From a bacterium (GTDB lineage Bacteria; UBA8248), in assembly GCA_965213685.1 (NCBI GenBank), contig CBDBZY010000064.1, positions 32,001-96,000 on the forward strand: DNA of 64,000 nucleotides, read 5' to 3'. The position numbers were made by a program, and so were the translations under genes. The notes beneath the pieces were generated by a model, which had not been told where the DNA came from, searched no databases, and saw nothing but the letters and a program-made list of their open reading frames with translations. Shown here piece after piece: positions 61,760-64,000 of this stretch (the first letter of the stretch is position 1; the number at the start of each line of letters is the position of its first letter).

Positions 61760-62722
61760 GTGGGCGAGCGGGAGCGAGCCAGGTGCAATAAGCAGAAAAT
61801 TATCTTGAATGATAGTTTGACATGGTTTGGAGTGAACATCTTATGAATGTAGCAACATTTGCAAGAGCAGCCAAAGTACAATGTTGGATCACTAGCTGTG
61901 ATGTACAGCTCTTGTGATTGGCCTCAAAGTTAATGCCCAAGAAATTGCCTGCTAAGCTATCAAGTGGTGTGTGAACGCTCACAGCATGTATCCCAACATC
62001 CAAGTCATTTTCTCAGCCTGTTGAAGTGAAGTGGAATCATAGATGTAGTAAACAGCTTCCTATGTACTGTACACCAACTTCGTACTAGTCTACAAGCAAG
62101 TCGCAGTCCCTAGCGTCACACCACCAGTGAGCTAGTCCCTAGCGTGGGCCCTAAGCTACATGTAGCTAGCCCTTGCCGCGTGTAACCGGACGCAGCGAAC
62201 AGTAGCTGCCCTCCGAGCATTGACGAGGTAAGCGGCGACCGTGGGGTAGTCCGAATCGTGAGACGCAATACACTAGCCAAGGCGATACACTAGCCAAGGC
62301 TTGCTTATAACACGTAGCTTAGATATCCTAGCCCTAGCTCTGCCTCGTCACACGGCCAGTAAGCTAGTCCCTAGCGTGCCAGTGGGCCCCAAGCTACATG
62401 TAGCTTTTGCGCGTGTAACGACGCAGCCAACGGTAGTTGCCCTCTCAGCGTTGACGAGCTAAGGGATAGTCCGAATCGTGAGACGCAATACAGTAGCCAA
62501 GGCTTGCTTGTAACACGTAGCTTAGACATCTAAGCACGTAGCGAGGTTCAGCTCTTTCCCCGTCCAAGTAACCGGATGTGATCGAGCTGGCTATACGTTT
62601 GTCCGTAGCGCAGGGGCCCGCGGGGACCAAAAAAGCTTCATCGCCCGATGACATATATATATATATATATAGAAATCCGCTCCAGCAGAACGACTAGATG
62701 GGCTCGCTCCCGCTCGCCCAAA
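61760..62722 (+). mobile_element. HINE-like element with internal tandem repeat
   Basis: Ends TGGGCGAGCGGGAGCGAGCC / GGCTCGCTCCCGCTCGCCCA; about 215-240-bp internal repeat twice at 62115-62530. Confidence 0.7.
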
Positions 62723-62876
62723 TTATTGTAATTCCTCTCTTTCTTATGCAGGTTGAAGAAACAAAACCTAACAACCATAATACCAATGATCAGGAAAGTG
62801 CACATGTTGGTACCTGCCTCTTGAGATGTTGATGATTATCACTGTCTTCCTGTACATTATAAAGCTATAGAATAGA

Positions 62877-64000
62877 ACAAACATGAAAAACATTTTCCAA
62901 AAAATATAGAGGAATGTAGGGATGGCAGTGCCAAAAACCACAGAAACTAGGTGTAGAGATGGCAGTGTACAGGCAAGACAGGTTATTAAAAGACTACACA
63001 AGCAACCTCATCCCTACATTTTTTTTTTTAACTTGAAAATGTTCTGTGAGTTTAGCTATGGGAATTCTGGGAACATCAATGCCATGCGGTAAGAAAAGAA
63101 AAAGATGTAGGGATGGGGTTGCTTGTGTAGTCTTTTTATAACCTGTCTTGCCTGTACACTGCCATCTCTACACCTAGTTTCCGTGGTTTTTAGCACTGCC
63201 ATCCCTACATCCCTATACATCTTTGGAAAATGTTTTTCATACTTGTTTGTGTACATTTTCTTGTACAATAGTACACAAAATGTTCTTGCAAGTTTCATTC
63301 AAAATCCAACAAACATATCAACTTGATCAGAGCAGCCATTGCGACCAGTCAGCGGCGGAGATAAGGGGGTAGAGTGGGCCCTAAACCTCGTCATCAGTCA
63401 CTTACGAAGTTGGGAGGCTGAGCCCCTCTAAAAGGTCCTGAGCTAGCTATAGAGTAGTTTCCTCAGTGTATATGACTTATACCACTTACATTAACGTTCA
63501 TTGTACAGCGAAGTAAGAACGCGCTCTTTTCAGTGACAAAAGATCGAGTAGCCTTCGCTATGTTAAGCCTTCCAGAAATTAATAGGCGTGGCTTGGCGAC
63601 ACCGCCCCTCACGTGCTTACAATTTGCGCCACGTGACAATAACTATTAGAAAATGGTTTCCAAATATGGTAAAGTTGTCTGGGGCTCTAGATTCTGCCCA
63701 TAGTAGAGAAGATACTAACAATTTGTTAGCGCAGATCATACTTCGTTGTTATTACAGTGAATCTGTGAAAGAACTACGGTGATTACTTCAGCCAGTTTCG
63801 AGTAAAGTCGTTTGAAAGAAATCTCGTAAGAAGAAGAATAAGAAAGAAAAACAAAATCATCTTTCGGCCATTATCTGGCAGTAAGTCAAGGAATGCATTT
63901 TAGCTACTTGTGGGGTATCGTTGGGTAGAGAATCGGTTGAATAGGCCATTCGCGTGCCGAGAAAGGCTTAAAACACGAGTGTTCGCGAGTTAAGAAGGCT
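62877..64000 (+). mobile_element. Hairpin-ended HINE/Helentron-like element, copy F (runs off window)
   Basis: Long IR 62877-63248; co-linear with copy C. Confidence 0.9.

Overview
This is repeat-saturated eukaryotic DNA from an invertebrate animal; the repeat and protein style suggests a demosponge, which is inference only. No prokaryotic operons, rRNA or CRISPR are present. Host genes: a tandem array of three minus-strand, membrane-anchored S1 (formylglycine-type, CSPTR) sulfatases with intronless CDSs. Two are intact and one carries a single CGA>TGA stop. Probable exons of a secreted protein lie at the left edge. Most of the remainder is nested mobile DNA: an apparently intact spliced hAT/ZBED transposase, five LINE relics (one with a SAND-domain ORF1), a Penelope fragment, a 736-bp-armed foldback element around a dead pogo transposase, and CACTG/EnSpm, AcademH, Kolobok, piggyBac, hAT, Tc1 and Crypton-like non-autonomous elements. 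The most unusual signal is a family of about 1.2-kb Helentron/HINE-like elements (7 copies). Their 5' end is a ~340-bp hairpin whose two arms share copy-specific variants, and whose loop occurs in both orientations (flip/flop), as expected for hairpin-templated replication.
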